Below, piece by piece: positions 30,581 to 44,050 of a DNA stretch of 64,000 bases. The position numbers and the translations under genes are program-made. The notes under the pieces are model-generated. The model saw nothing but the letters and a program-made list of their open reading frames with translations, did no database searches and was not told the DNA's origin. This DNA is from the human T2T-CHM13v2.0 reference genome, Homo sapiens: the NCBI RefSeq assembly GCF_009914755.1, contig NC_060928.1. One strand, 5' to 3'. Numbering within the stretch: the first letter of the stretch is position 1; each line of letters starts with the position of its first letter.

Positions 30581-33500
30581 CTGGAGTGTGCCAATATCTC
30601 CATTAAATTGATCATGCACACAATAACTTCTCAACAAACCTTTAAGAATTAACACTTTTACTCAAGAGGTATTTAGAAAAACTTGACTTACTTTTTAATC
30701 ACTGTTTGTATATGCAGTGATAAACTAAAATATCATAAGCAATAATTCAACCCTTGATTGTGTATGTATAACATCAAATTTAAATATTCCATCTTTTCAA
30801 ACTGTTTAAAGTCCTCCAATTATATTAATAATTTTTTTCAAAATGAATAATGAGTGAATCCATTATGTGCCATCATATAGTTGGGAGACAGTAAATTAAT
30901 AGCTATCTGTCTGACTCCAACTTTATTCATTCAGTCCTTCATATATTGATTCATTTATTGAATCTTTTATTAACTGTAGAATGAGGCAGGTGCCAAGCAA
31001 TTCTGTATGTATTTTCTCAATTTTCTCAAACTGTCTTTATCTGCAGATGGAAACAAATTGCTCTCAAATGTCTCTCTAACTTTCATTTACATGAGATGAG
31101 TGCTGTGAGAATATTCTGCATTAGGCTTTGACAGGCTTTAGTACTGCATTGATGTCAATATTGCTAATGTGTACTTCATAGTCCTTTTCTTCGTTTTCTT
31201 AAAAGTTTTGTATAAACATAAATGATTTCTTGAGTCTATGTGGGAATGGCTCTAGTGGAAGACAGTTATCAATGCATGGTATAATAACCTTTATTATGTT
31301 GCTTAGTGATCCTTTCCTTTGGTTGACTGGTGAGGATAAGGGTAGGCTGCATTCATATCTTTTTGGCCTGCTATGCCTCTCTAGCACAGAGGAGTTAGGA
31401 AGGGAGAGATCCCTGACAATGGTCATGAATGGTCTTGGAATTCCAACATGAAGGAGGTAGAGAAAGGCCACTACTTGTTGAAATCTATCTTAGACACACA
31501 CATACACACAAACACACACACACATAGTGCCAAGAATCTTTGTAAAACATTAATATGCAACTAAACTTTTACATTCGTAGTTCTTTACCTCCACTGTGAC
31601 CTGAAACTACCAACTTCTCTCCCTCCTTGGCTTCAGAGCTATGCTTTTTCACCGCTTTGATCCACTCCAGCTGCACTTTTAATGCCTGTGGCTCCACAGT
31701 GGGTGGATTGGAAGCTTCATAAACCCCTTGTGATCTTGTGATTTTTTTAATCCAAAGATGATGGTTGTGTCTCTGAATTAGTAACATACTTACTGGCACT
31801 CTCTCAAGTTTCTTAAATGGCTGCTGGTAATTCTCACAATTGTAAATTGTCTGGTGCAGAATTTGGTGGTTAATAGCTATACTTTGACTGCTTTCTAATT
31901 CCCCTTTGTTTAAAAAAATTAGTTTCCTATATTGCAATGACGATGGGACAAAGACTAAAGGTAAGAAGTTTAATATATATTGCATAAGGCTTGGAGGTAC
32001 ATAGGTCCTTAAAGCTATTGAAACTTAAAGTGTTTTAATTCCTTATGAGTACATTGGAGTCACTTATTGATGGAAGTTGATGGTTACAGCTGTGCCCGTT
32101 CAGTTTCACAATTTCTTGTGTATGGACTGTCACCTAGCTAATTTCTTATTCTAGACTATACATGATACTAAAAAGAAATCATTTAGAAACAAAATGACAA
32201 GAACTTCTCTATTATTTGTAATGCTGTGCTAAATCAAGAACAAAAGCATGTACTCTTCATTTTGTTTCTTGTTTGCATTAGTGCTTTGATTTTCTTCAAA
32301 ATAACTCTTGAAGTTTTATGTCACTATCTTCGTATATGGCATGACAATTTATGGAAACTAATTTAAATAAATAAATGACATGTCTTTACACCATGAATGT
32401 AGTTTATAAATAATTACTTGTAGGCTTACAAAGTAACACTACAAATTTCCATATTTTCATTGCCAGGAATTTTTATTCCTTTAGGATCTCTTTTATTTTC
32501 CTATGTGAAAGCACTGCTAATACATCAGTGATTTTAAATATTCCAGGCCCTTAAGAAGAATAAGGAAAAAAAATTCATTTTAAATAGAAGTGATCTAAAT
32601 GAAGATTCTCAGGAAAAACAGTGTCTACGAATATTCTCTGATGATCTGTAATCCAGGAAAATCTCAATATTCTACTTTGCCATTCCTTTCAATATGAACT
32701 TGCAATGTGTCTGGAAACTCCCCATTTAAAGCATTCTTAATCTGGAACTTTGAAGATGTCAGTGAGCTGCAGTGTTCCTGTGCATTTTTACTCGAAATGT
32801 TTCACAGGAAGTAAGGCATCATGAAGCGAGGTCTGATGATGGCACATACTTGAGAAAGGGAGTAATATGTCTAATCACAATGCTCCATAACAAATATGAG
32901 GGATGAAAATCAAGGAAGAGTTGACACGGAGAATTAATATTAAAAACATTATTATTTTCAACCCAAAACAAATTATAATTCTACCTATAGTAATAACTGA
33001 ACTTCTTTATAGAAGCAAAGAAAAGCAAAAACTTAGAAAAGAGTTTTGTGCACTCCATTCTCATTTACAGATTCTACAGACAGCTGAGGAGTCCTGTCAT
33101 TCATGTTAAAAAGTGTCTATGTGCCTGGTATAAGAATGGGGGGATTTTGATGATTGCTGGTTGCCATGCTTGACTTATTTTTTCAGGGAGGAAAAAAAAT
33201 CAGCGGCTTCAGAAAGAGGTGACAGGGTTTTGTTCTTCCGTTGAAATGAGGCTAATAGAGTCAAAAAATAACCAGAAAATAAAAGGGTCAGGACTTTTTT
33301 GAATTCCCAAGGCAAGAAAATTTTTGCTATTCTTGGTTGAAACACCCCAAAAGAAAGATAGAGTACAAAATTTTAAAGGAACATTATTTTTCCAGTATTA
33401 TTTATGCATCATTAGTCTATTTTAAAACTTAATGAAGATAATCCATATATACTAACTCAAGGCAACCATACAGAGTAGTTTTAAAATATATATTTTATTC

Positions 33501-36452
33501 TTACAGTGTTCTTGTCCAGCCAATACCAGAACTTGAAACAAGCACAAAAAGTACTTCTTAGCAGTATTAGAGGGTTATAGAGGGAGATTAAGGATGATTT
33601 CAGTAAAAAAATCACTGTGCCAACAATAGGCATTTATTGCATTTCGCAAGGAATCATCTATATATTTGGGATCCTTATCCAAATCTCATAAAATTATACC
33701 TTGACTTCTGAAATTTAGAGAGAGGGGCAACACCAAGAGAAGCTTATATAAAAATGGAGATTGCCTTTAATTGTACCCTGAGTATCACAATAAAAAGATT
33801 TAATTCTAATTTAAAACTATGAAAACAAGTAAAAATATTGTAATTTCTCCCTTGCCTTCAATAAGTAATAAATATTATTTTGCACTTAGTTTCTCATTTT
33901 AACTTTTCTCACAATAAATAGCACTTACCTCTTTATCAAAAGAAATCATTGTATGAATTACGACTGAGCACTAATAAAAAAATTGCTTCATAAAATATAG
34001 GTTCTACATCTTCTATAAGGATAGAGAAGTGAACCTTGTAGCTGTGGATGAGCTACAAGATTATAAATGCAATTTAAATTGCAAATGTAAACTATCAGAA
34101 GAAAACACTTGTAAGTTTTCAACCAGGCATCCACTGATTTTTAACCGAATCAATAAATTCTAGCAGGACAATGAATTTGCACCACTCAATCAAAACAAAT
34201 AAGGACTATCTTCTTCTTATCATAAAAGCAATAAAAACCGCTTGCACAGCATTCTTCCCTTAATTTGTCTTTCACTCTGCACGATAAAGATAACTAAGTG
34301 CTCCATTTCGGAAGAACATATTGTTTCACTATGTATATTTTTCATCACTGAAGTCTAGAGAGTATTGTTTTTTAATTTGTTGATTGAGTCCATCAATTCG
34401 AATTAGTCTAAATGTTGTGGGAGGATAATGACAATGGATATGAAGAAGAAGAGAAATGCGTAGCATGAATTAATGTTGCTTTTATGGTACTTCTCGTTGG
34501 ATTCACAGCTGAGTTTATCTGATGAGTAAATAATTTGTGGATATGTCAGAGTTGAGGAAGGAGAATGTGGTTAAAGTCATCTGATTAGAAACATTCATAT
34601 AAAGAAAGATGGAATCAACCTCTGTGTTTAATGGTTATTAAAAATTCTCATATATGAATGTTATTTTTAAATAGCCATATTATCTTTAGATAATATGCTG
34701 AGCGTCAGTTGAGCAAAGCTTTAATTATTGTCTTCCACTAACAAACTACATAATGTGGAGACATTCACTGAGGTGAAATTTATGAATCTTTATGTTATCT
34801 ACTGTGAGAAAAAAATTTGTATTTTCATCCATCTTTAAGGCTCTGGGATTCTAGATATTCTAATAGATGGTTTATGTAACCAAAGGTGACCAAAGTTCAT
34901 TACATGCAAGTCCTGATTACAAGTGTTGACCTCCCTGTCTATTGTCATGGAGATGTGCTGATTTAAAAGTAGAAATGATTCCAATGTGGTTCTCTAAACT
35001 GGAGAGTTTAGAGAGGTGCCTATGATAGAGTTTGGAGTGAAACTTATCACGACCAAATTTAAAATATTTTCCCATTGCCCTATACTCTGAAAACTTATCA
35101 ATACTAATGAACATTATCAAATAATTCTTTCATACATTACATAATTGATGTGTAAGTTTGGAGCAGTCTAGAATATCTTGGGTATTTTGTCTCTGAAACA
35201 AGAGTTATATTAAAAAAAAGAGTATAATTGGTTATAATTGGTGAGCAAATAACAAACTCTGATTTTGGAAAAGTAAGGAAAGATGAAAAAAAAAAACAAC
35301 ACAACTTTAAATGCTTGGTAAACCCATATAAGGTCCAAACTAAGATCAAATATCTGTCTGTGTAGATCTTTTCAACATGGCCAACAAATGAATATAAACA
35401 AAATGAATATAAACAAAATCTTGACCAAATTTGAAAAAGTAATCATTGTGTGCAAACAATGCTATTCTTCATTCATTGTCTTAGCAGAGACCTTTTCTGG
35501 ACCACAGAGAGTTCTTAATTTAGAGCACAGAGAAAATTGTTCATAAATATAAATGAAATATATAGTTGAATTTAGCAAACAAATTAGACCATCATTCTGC
35601 ATTTTTACATATTATTTTAGTAATCTGTGGATTGCACCATTATTTCAGAAAAGAATAGTAAGTTTTGCATATTTTAAAATTATCAAAAGAATAAAAATGT
35701 CTATTTCAACCCAGTATAGCAGTATAATTAAGTCAGTCAGATTGAATTAAAAGAGCTATATTAACATAAAGCTTTTCCTGCCATCCTCTGTAAGTCTGAG
35801 ATTTTTAATTAATGTTTAAAGTGTGGTTTGCTTGTAGTTGATATTTTATTTACAGCTATAAACAAAATACGTTATATTCTGGTAATTTGAATATTTTCCC
35901 CATGAAAGATTCTTTTGGCCTTAAAATGGTAGAAAATGAATACAAATATAATTTAGCTCTTTTGTAATTAAAATAAATGTTTCCCTTTCTTGTTACTTTA
36001 CTTTTAAGTAAATAAAAACTTAATATACCATAAACTCAAAGAACTGGGGTATTAATTGTCTTTAAAATAAAGTTCAGAAATTATGAAGTCTGAAATAAAT
36101 GGTTTCCAATTTCCCAAGCATCCCATTTGATACTTGAGAGCCATTCGATATCATAGTCATAATAAATTATGAATAAAATCATGGACCCTCTGGGAATTAT
36201 AAATTTATCAGTATACATATAATGTACTATATGGGCCTTGTTTCTTTGGTAAAAGACCTATAGCTATTTAGAGGTTTATTGTAAATCTTCATTGTAAGTG
36301 AATTATTATATTGAATACTATATCCACATTTGGTTCACATAATGTAAAGGAACATATAGTTTATCTTACCATATCATGATTTTATATGAATATGCTTAAT
36401 TTCTTATATATATATAGGTATAAAGAATGCCTTTGAAGAAAACAAATATATC

Positions 36453-36607
36453 TTTTTTTTTTTTTTTTGAGACAGAGTCTTGTTCTGTCACCCAGAATGG
36501 AGTGCACTTGGCTCACTGCAACATCCGCCTCCTAGGTTCAAGCAATTCTCCTGCCTCAGCCTCTCAAGTAGCTGGGATTACAGGTGTCTGCCACCACATC
36601 CGGCTAA

Positions 36608-36642
<35 letters not shown>

Positions 36643-36768
36643 ATTTTTAGTAGAGATGGGGTTTTACCATGTTGGCCAAGCTGGTCTTGAACTCCTAACC
36701 TCAAGTGATCCGCCTGCTTTGGCCTCCTAAAGTGCTAGGATTACGGGCGTCAGACACTGCTCCCAGCC
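36453..36768 (-). mobile_element. AluS with a (TG)n microsatellite in the middle A-rich linker
   Basis: 14 bp TSD aacaaatatatctt at 36441 and 36769; TG run at ~36610-36638. Confidence 0.95.
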
Positions 36769-37047
36769 AACAAATATATCTTAAATTGGAAAAAAAAAAA
36801 AAAGCTACAGAAATGTCAAAAGCCTCAAATCAAACTGAAAATTAGCATATGAATATTTTATTTATTTGTTGTGCTATTGGAATCTGTGAGATGTAAAAAA
36901 CAACAAAAAAAAAAACAAACAAAAAAAACTGAAAATCTTACAGTCTTCATTATTATGACCTAATAGACTTTTGAACAGACCACACAACCTGTATGTTTAT
37001 ATTAAAGGCTCACATAGAACTTATTTGTATATATGGGTGCTTTATCT

Positions 37048-37950
37048 ATTTTTTAATTTTTAAAAATTTTTATAGATTTAGGGACTACAAGTGAACTTTC
37101 GTTGCATGGACATATTAGAGGAAGTCTGGGCTGTCAGTGTAGCCATTACCTGAATAGTGTACATTGTACCCATTATGTAATTTTTCATCCTTGGCTCCCT
37201 CCTACCCTCCCACTCTTCTGAGTCTCCAGTGTCTATTATCCCTCTCTCTATGTCCACGTGTATACTTATTTTGCTTCCACTTACATGTGAGAACATGAGG
37301 TATTTGACTTTATGCTTCTGAGTTATTTCTCTTAAGATAGTGACCTCCAGTTCCATCCATGTGGCTGCAAAACACATGCTTTTACTCTTTTTAGATCTGA
37401 TCAGTATTCTATTTGTGTGTGTGTGTGTTTGTACACCACATTTTCTGTATCCAATTATTCATTGATGTACACTTATGTTAATTCCATATATTGGCTATTG
37501 TGAATAGTGCTGTGATAAACATATGAATGAGGCACCTTTTTGATATACTGATTTATTATCTTTTGGGGAGTTACCCAGTAGTGGGATTGCTGGATCAAAT
37601 AGTAGATTTATTTTTTGTTCTCTGAGAAACATCCATACTGTTTTCCATAGAGGTTGTGCTAATTTACATTCTCATCAACAGTGTGTAAGCACTTCCTTTG
37701 CTCCATACCCTGGCCAACATCTGTCATTTTTTTGACATTTTAAATAACACCCATTCTGACTAGTGTAATATGGTATCTCATTATGATTCTAATTTGCATT
37801 TCTCTGTTGATTGGTGATGTCTCACATTTTTTTCATATGCTTGTCGGTCATTTGTATGTCTTCTTTTGCAAAATGTTTGTTCATGTCCTCTGCTTACTTT
37901 TTAATGGGCTTATTTTGTTTGTTTTTTGTTGTTATTGAGCTGTTTGAAAT
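37048..37950 (-). mobile_element. L1PB (PB3/4-like) 3' end, 5'-truncated
   Basis: ORF 37078..37377(-) 'FAATWMELEVTILREITQKHKVKY' is the ORF2p terminus; 3' UTR 'ttttatagatttaggg...tacaagtg'. Confidence 0.88.
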
Positions 37951-38318
37951 TTTTGCCAATCTCAAATTGTCAGAAACATGAATGTCATATAGAGATCCAA
38001 TGGAATCCCTACTGCTGAATAGGCACAGCTGCCTATATTTTAAGAAACTTAAATTTTAACGAAGTGTTAACACAACAATTTCTATGCCAGGTACAGATGG
38101 AATATGTATCTTTTTCAATAATTTTAATATTTTGACCCTATTGAAAGGTAAGTGTATTTAAAAATTAAATACCTTCTAAGATAATATGTAAAACTCTCAC
38201 CAAAGTTAGAATACAACTAAAGTTGTTGCCTTTGAAATTAAGAAAATATTTTTACATTTGAAAATGAGTTTTGATTATTCACAAATTTTAAAATTAGAAA
38301 TGTTTAATGAATCACCTT

Positions 38319-38660
38319 GGTCATACATGGTCGCACGTGCCTATAATCCCAGTACTCTGGAAGGCAGGCAAATCACTTGAGGTCAGGAGTTTGAGACCAG
38401 CCTGACCAACATGGTAAAACACCATCTCTACTAAAAACACACACACACAAAAAAAAGTTAACTCAGCATGGTGTCACGCTCCTGTAGTCCCAGCTACTCA
38501 GGAGGCTGATGAGGAGAATTGCTTGAACTCAGGAGGCAGAAGCTTCAGTGAGCCAAGATCGTGCCATGCACTCCTGCCTGGGTGACAGAGCAAGACTCTG
38601 TCTCAAAAATAAATAAATAAATAAATAAATAAATAAATCAATAAATAAATAAATAAAATA
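38319..38660 (+). mobile_element. AluS with (CA)n in the linker and an (AAAT)n tail
   Basis: Dimer structure; 'cacttgaggtcaggagtttgagaccagcctg'. Confidence 0.93.
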
Positions 38661-40106
38661 ACTTATTATCTACTACCTAGGACTTGCATTTTTTATTTTT
38701 TAACTCTTTTACTTATGACGTTATAGTTGAATAAAATGCTTCCAAACAACAACAAAATATTGGTTACCTGTAGATTGAATTATTTGTATAATCTTCTCAA
38801 ATAAATTTTGAATAATGGTCTTTTAAAACTTTCTATGATGAAAAACCTATTCCAAGTATAATGGTATACTTTAAAAGTGCAATTCACTAGAAGTTATTTA
38901 ATCTTTCTTTGATTGCTGAGAATTTCAAGATACTGAAGAGTCATGATTGTGAATTGTAGAGTAACATAACTGAAGATGTAGGAGGAAATAGACCTGTACA
39001 TAGACTGCCAAATTTATTTAACTCAACACTTTTTATATTACATATAGTTCTCTTCATGATTCCACAAACATGTCTTGATTAATTCTACTTCAACTAATTC
39101 CCCGAAAGTGACACAGGATCTCACTTCCTCATCACCCATTCAGATCCTACATATTCTTTTTCAATTATTTCACGTATCTTCTCCTCAGAAAAAGTTCTCT
39201 CCATGACCATACCAGTCAACACTTCTTAGAAACTCTGTATTTTTAGGCACTTCTTTGAAACCTTGTATTTTTCCTTCAAAAATGTGCTCCAATCTCTGCA
39301 TAATTTATAATCTAATTTACAAAATAAAATTTTTAAGCTAACAGAATCTATTTAAAATAAATGGAAGAGGTATTGACTCATGTATACTTGTGATAGGGTG
39401 ATAACATACCCTATGAGTATGACAGGAGTCTCCCAGACTAATAGAGACATGGTGAGAAAATAAATGAATCTTCCCTTATTTAATTTTATAAGTAGAATTG
39501 ATTACTCACATTTATCTGCAATAAATTTTTTACATTTTATATTTAAATTAATACTAAATCCATTGAATTTTAAATGAATGACATTAAATAATCTACTGGC
39601 AATATATTCAAGATTATTTTATAAAGCAACTAAGAATATTGTTAAAGTGGAAAGGTTTTAGGTTTCATTGTTTTTTCTTTCTTTTAGTTAGTCAACCTTC
39701 TATAAGTATGTTGTATGGAATATTAAATATTATTGAAGCAGTTCTTCAGTAGATGATGTAGTATGCTTCAGGTACGGTTATTCTGTATACTGTTTTTTAA
39801 AAATTTTATACAGACTTAATTTACTCCTAGGCCTATTGAAGTAGAATTCAAGCTTATTAGTTATCATTTAAACTTGAATGCCTCTCCTATAGTTTTCTGG
39901 GTCTAAATATTTTATTTATAAATAAATGCATATATGTATATATATATGATAGAATTGATTAATATATTATATACTAAAATATGTTTATATTAACAAACTA
40001 TACATTGATGGTAACTGTCAAACGCAGGAGAGGAGAACTTTAAATATGTTGGTCAGTGGAAGACCTTATACAAAGGCAGCACTTGAGTTGCATCCACAAG
40101 ATAGTA

Positions 40107-41325
40107 TTAGGTTAGGGGAAACATAATTGCAGTTTTTGCATTGTTGAAATTTGCCATTTGATATTGGAATACTTTCTTTTAAAAATGTGGTTATGTTATA
40201 CATTATTTTAAGGTGCATTTCTTGCTTTTTTTGTTAATTACTTATTACTTGCTGTTTATTTTATATTTGTTTTAGACTATGGAAATCATGTTAGACAAAA
40301 AGCAAACTTGAGTGATTTTCTTATTTGAGTTCAATGTGAATCGTAAAGCAGAGGAGATAACTTGCAACATCAACAACGCATCTGGCCCAGGAACTACTAA
40401 TGAACATACAGTGCAGTGATGATTCAAGAAGTTTTGCAAAGGAGACAAGAGCCTTGAGGATGAGGAGTGTAGTGGCCAGTTATCAGAAGTTGACAATGAC
40501 CAGTTGTGAGCAATCATTAAAGCGAATCCTCTTACAAGTACAGAAGAAGTTGCTGAAGAACTCAATGTCAACCATTCTACAGTCGTTTAGCATTTGAAGC
40601 AAATTGAAAAGGTGAAAAAGCTTGATAAGTGGGTGCCTCATGAGCTGAGTGAAAAAACAAATCGTCATTTTGAAGCGTCATCTTCTCTTATTCTACGGAA
40701 CAAAAACGAACCATTTCTCGATCGGATTGTGACATGCAACAGAAAGTGGATTTTATACGACAACCAGAGACGACCAGTGGTTGGACCAAGAAGCAGCTCC
40801 AAAAGCACTTACAAAAGCCAAGGCACTTACCAAAGCCAAACCAAATAAAGGTCATGGTCACTGTTTGGTGGTCTCCTACTGGTCTGATCCACTAAAGCTT
40901 TCTGAATCCCAGCGAAACCATTATATCTGAGAAGTATGCTCAGCAAATCGATGAGATGCACCGAAAACTGCAATGTCTGCAGCTGGCATTGGTCAACAGA
41001 AAGGGCCCAATTCTTCTCCATGACAACACTCGAAGGCATGTAGCACAACCAAGCTTTAAAAGTTGAATGAATTGGGCTATGAAATTTTGCCTCATCCGCC
41101 ATATTCACCTGACTTCTCCCCAACAGATCACCACTTCTTCCACCATCTCAACAACTTTTTGTAGGGAAAACACTTCCACAACCACCAGGATGCAGAAAAT
41201 GCTTTCTAAGAGTTCATTAAATCACGAGGCATAGATTTTTACGCTACAGGAATAAACAAGCTTATTTCTTGTGGCAAAAACATGTTGATTGTAATGGTTC
41301 CACAATTACTTTTGCATCAACCTAA
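40107..41325 (+). mobile_element. Hsmar1 mariner DNA transposon, near full length, inserted in an L2 relic
   Basis: Left TIR 'ttaggttaggggaaacataattgcagtttt', right TIR 'ccacaattacttttgcatcaacctaa', and TA target duplication at 40105-6 and 41326-7. Confidence 0.96.
40279..41300 (+). pseudogene. Inactivated Hsmar1 transposase (homologous to the SETMAR transposase domain)
   Basis: ATG GAA ATC ATG TTA GAC AAA AAG start, with a TGA at about codon 11. Motifs WVPHEL, LHDN and YSPDFSPTD are readable. There are frameshifts, and the first catalytic D reads N (IVTCN). Confidence 0.93.
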
Positions 41326-41327
41326 TA

Positions 41328-41660
41328 AGAAAGCAAATCAAGTGTAGGTCTAGGGAAAAGCAGAGGGAATAGCCAGTGCATGGGCTTAGAGGCCTGAAAG
41401 GCGCTGGCATGGTTAAAGAATACAAAAGAGCTTCTGAAACCTCTGAGCCACAGACTGAGGAAGAGATGAGTTTGGGAAGATTGTCAGACCTCTGGCCACA
41501 GAGGACTTTGTAGATCACAGTAAGGAGTCTGAATTTCTCTTCAAGGCATAATGGGAAGAAATAAGAGGTTTTAATCAATTTTTCTATGGGTGGGCAGGGT
41601 GGGTGGTCACTAGTTGTTGCAGTTACATTTTCAAAAGATGTATTGGATAGATGGACTACA
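41328..41660 (-). mobile_element. L2 fragment (left part at ~40040-40104)
   Basis: 'gcagagggaatagccagtgca...gactttgtagatcacagtaaggagtctgaattt...aatgggaag'. Confidence 0.65.
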
Positions 41661-41744
41661 GTGAAGCTAAAGATGAAAGAGCTATTAAACTTAGAAATAG
41701 TAGAGTAATATCTTAAGACAGTCAATATTTTGTTTAAATGCTAT

Positions 41745-41950
41745 AATAGCATCAAATGTTTTATGGTACTATGTATGAGATCCTATTGTCAATAATTCCC
41801 AGGTATTAACTCATTTAGTTTTTACCACAGTATGTCAGGCGGGTAATATAATCATCCACAATTTACAGATAAAAAAATTAAGCACAGAGAGGTTAAGAAA
41901 GTTGTCTAAGAATGTAGTATAGCCATGAATTGAACATATAATATTTAACT
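41745..41950 (-). mobile_element. MIR SINE
   Basis: 'attaactcatttag...tttacagataaaaaaattaagcacagagaggttaagaaagttg'. Confidence 0.75.
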
Positions 41951-42469
41951 TCCTAATTGTAATTTTCTAAAATTATTATAGAATTATTTTCTTTCTATGC
42001 ATGTTAGATTCTAAGCTATTAGTAGGTAAAGACTCGCTTTCCATTCTTTCCACACACACTATCAGAACTCTGCTATATTGAAGGTACTAGACTAGCTAGA
42101 CTACATGAAGAGCAAGGACTTTGACATTTTCTTTACTCACATACAGCACCAAAATTTGAGAACCAAAATAAAGAGCTCATTAAATGTTATTAATTGACTG
42201 GTTCAGTATGCAGTAATCCAATATATCTCGGAAGTGCCTTGTAGATATATAGATAATTCAAAATATAATTTAGATATTTATTTTTCAATTAATTTTTCTC
42301 TCAATATTAAATGAGAAAGTTAAAGACATTTGAATTTAGAGTATTATTTTCCTTATAGGTGATTCCTCCAGCTAAGAATATACAAATTTTACAGATGAGA
42401 AAACTGGAAAACAGTGACTAAGGGACCAGCCTAAATTTTTGTAGGCACAACAACACAGTCAAAAGCAAC

Positions 42470-43240
42470 AGATTAAAAGTGTGAATGGACTATGGAGAAA
42501 AAGAAACTTTTATGCGCATGGGCACGTGAATTTGTACAATCACTTAGAAGAGAAATGTGGAAATTATTGTTAAGTTGAAAATATTATAGTTAACAAGCAA
42601 TTCTGCCCACATATATTAAAAATATATGTGTGTACGTATGTGTGTGTGTTTATATATACACATATATGTTTTTATTATACATACATAATAAATTATATAT
42701 TCCCTAGAGAAATTTTTGACCATGAAGAAAGGATATTCACTGAAGAATTGGTGACAATATAAAAAATTAGAAACAATGTAAAGGTCCACCAATATAGGAA
42801 CGGATACAAAGTTGTGATTAATTTAAACAACGGAATAATTTAGAGCTGTTGAAGTGGAAGAAACTTGACCAACTATCTATCAACATGGATAAATCTGGAA
42901 AGAATAATGTTGCATAAAATAAGATTGTTACAAAAGATATATAAATTAAAATAAACTTTATTTAGTATCAAAATACCCCAAATAATAAAATATGAGATTA
43001 AGTAAATAATTTAAAAGGAACAGAAAGTATAGACATCAGCTTTAAGATAATGATGACTTCTGAGACGTTAGAAGTGGATAAGAGATTTAAATACATCTGT
43101 ATGATTTTCTTTCTTTACCAAAAATACAATATCTATACAATATCTACAGCAAGTATGAGAAAAATACTAACATGTCTAAATGGGTGTATTTATAGGCCTC
43201 AACTTGTTTTACTGCAGTTTGAAATGTATCACAAATAAAA
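42470..43240 (+). mobile_element. L1ME 3' fragment
   Basis: 'tggagaaaaagaaactt...ccctagagaaattttt...tagaaacaatgtaaaggtccacc...caacatggataaatct'. Confidence 0.6.
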
Positions 43241-43799
43241 ATCCTTTCACCATTTTCAAATTAACTGAAAATGTCAATTCAATGATTCAATAAATATATT
43301 TGAAGGGGTACAAGCAGTCTTAATACTAAAGTCTGTCTTTGATTTTTATAAAATGTAGTTTTTCTTTTTCAAAAGTAATGCACAATTGCTGTTTTATATG
43401 TGGATTTATAGATAGCCTCTGATTCAGAAATTTATACTAGAAAGCATGTCACTACTCTAAGTCACAGACAATTTATAAAGAATGTCAGAGACTTTTTAAG
43501 GAGAACATTATTATGAAGAGAGTTATGCACATAGTATTTAACCAGTCCTAAAAGTCCATGATGCCATAATTACCAACACATATAACATTTCCAGATCGTG
43601 TCAAAATCCTGTTCAAAATAGGATGCCATTTTCATTGACAAATACCAATTTCAGAGAAGCAGAATTCTCTTCATTTTACTTTTCTTCTGCCTCTGAACTA
43701 TTTCACTCTAATCAGTGCTAACTTCAACCAGAGAGCTTTTGCCCCTGTTTCATTTTATTTCCTTCCAAAAGAGGATAAATAGGATACTCAAACATAATA

Positions 43800-44050
43800 A
43801 TACTATAACGTCATCATGATAAATGCGTATAAAGCAATTAAGTGAAGTATATTCATTTTCTTATAGCAATCCAACAACTTCCCTATAAAGCAAAGAGGCA
43901 TTTTTAGCACTGATACAGATAAAGAATCTAAGGCTTAGAGAAATTAAGTAATTTGACCACATTCATATATCTAGGAAGCAACAGTATGCTTCCCAATCTA
44001 AATCCATCAGATTTCATAGTTCCCAAACTAAGCAACTACACCAGACTGCT
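43800..44050 (-). mobile_element. MIR SINE
   Basis: 'tacagataaagaatctaaggcttagagaaattaagtaatttgaccaca'. Confidence 0.7.

Noticed and set aside
31206-31451. Possible coding exon after the pyrimidine tract 'tccttttcttcgttttcttaaaag'
   Set aside because: The translation is unrecognisable and I found no convincing donor site.
31569-31985. 138 aa minus-strand ORF
   Set aside because: No recognisable domain or supporting gene structure; the length is compatible with chance.
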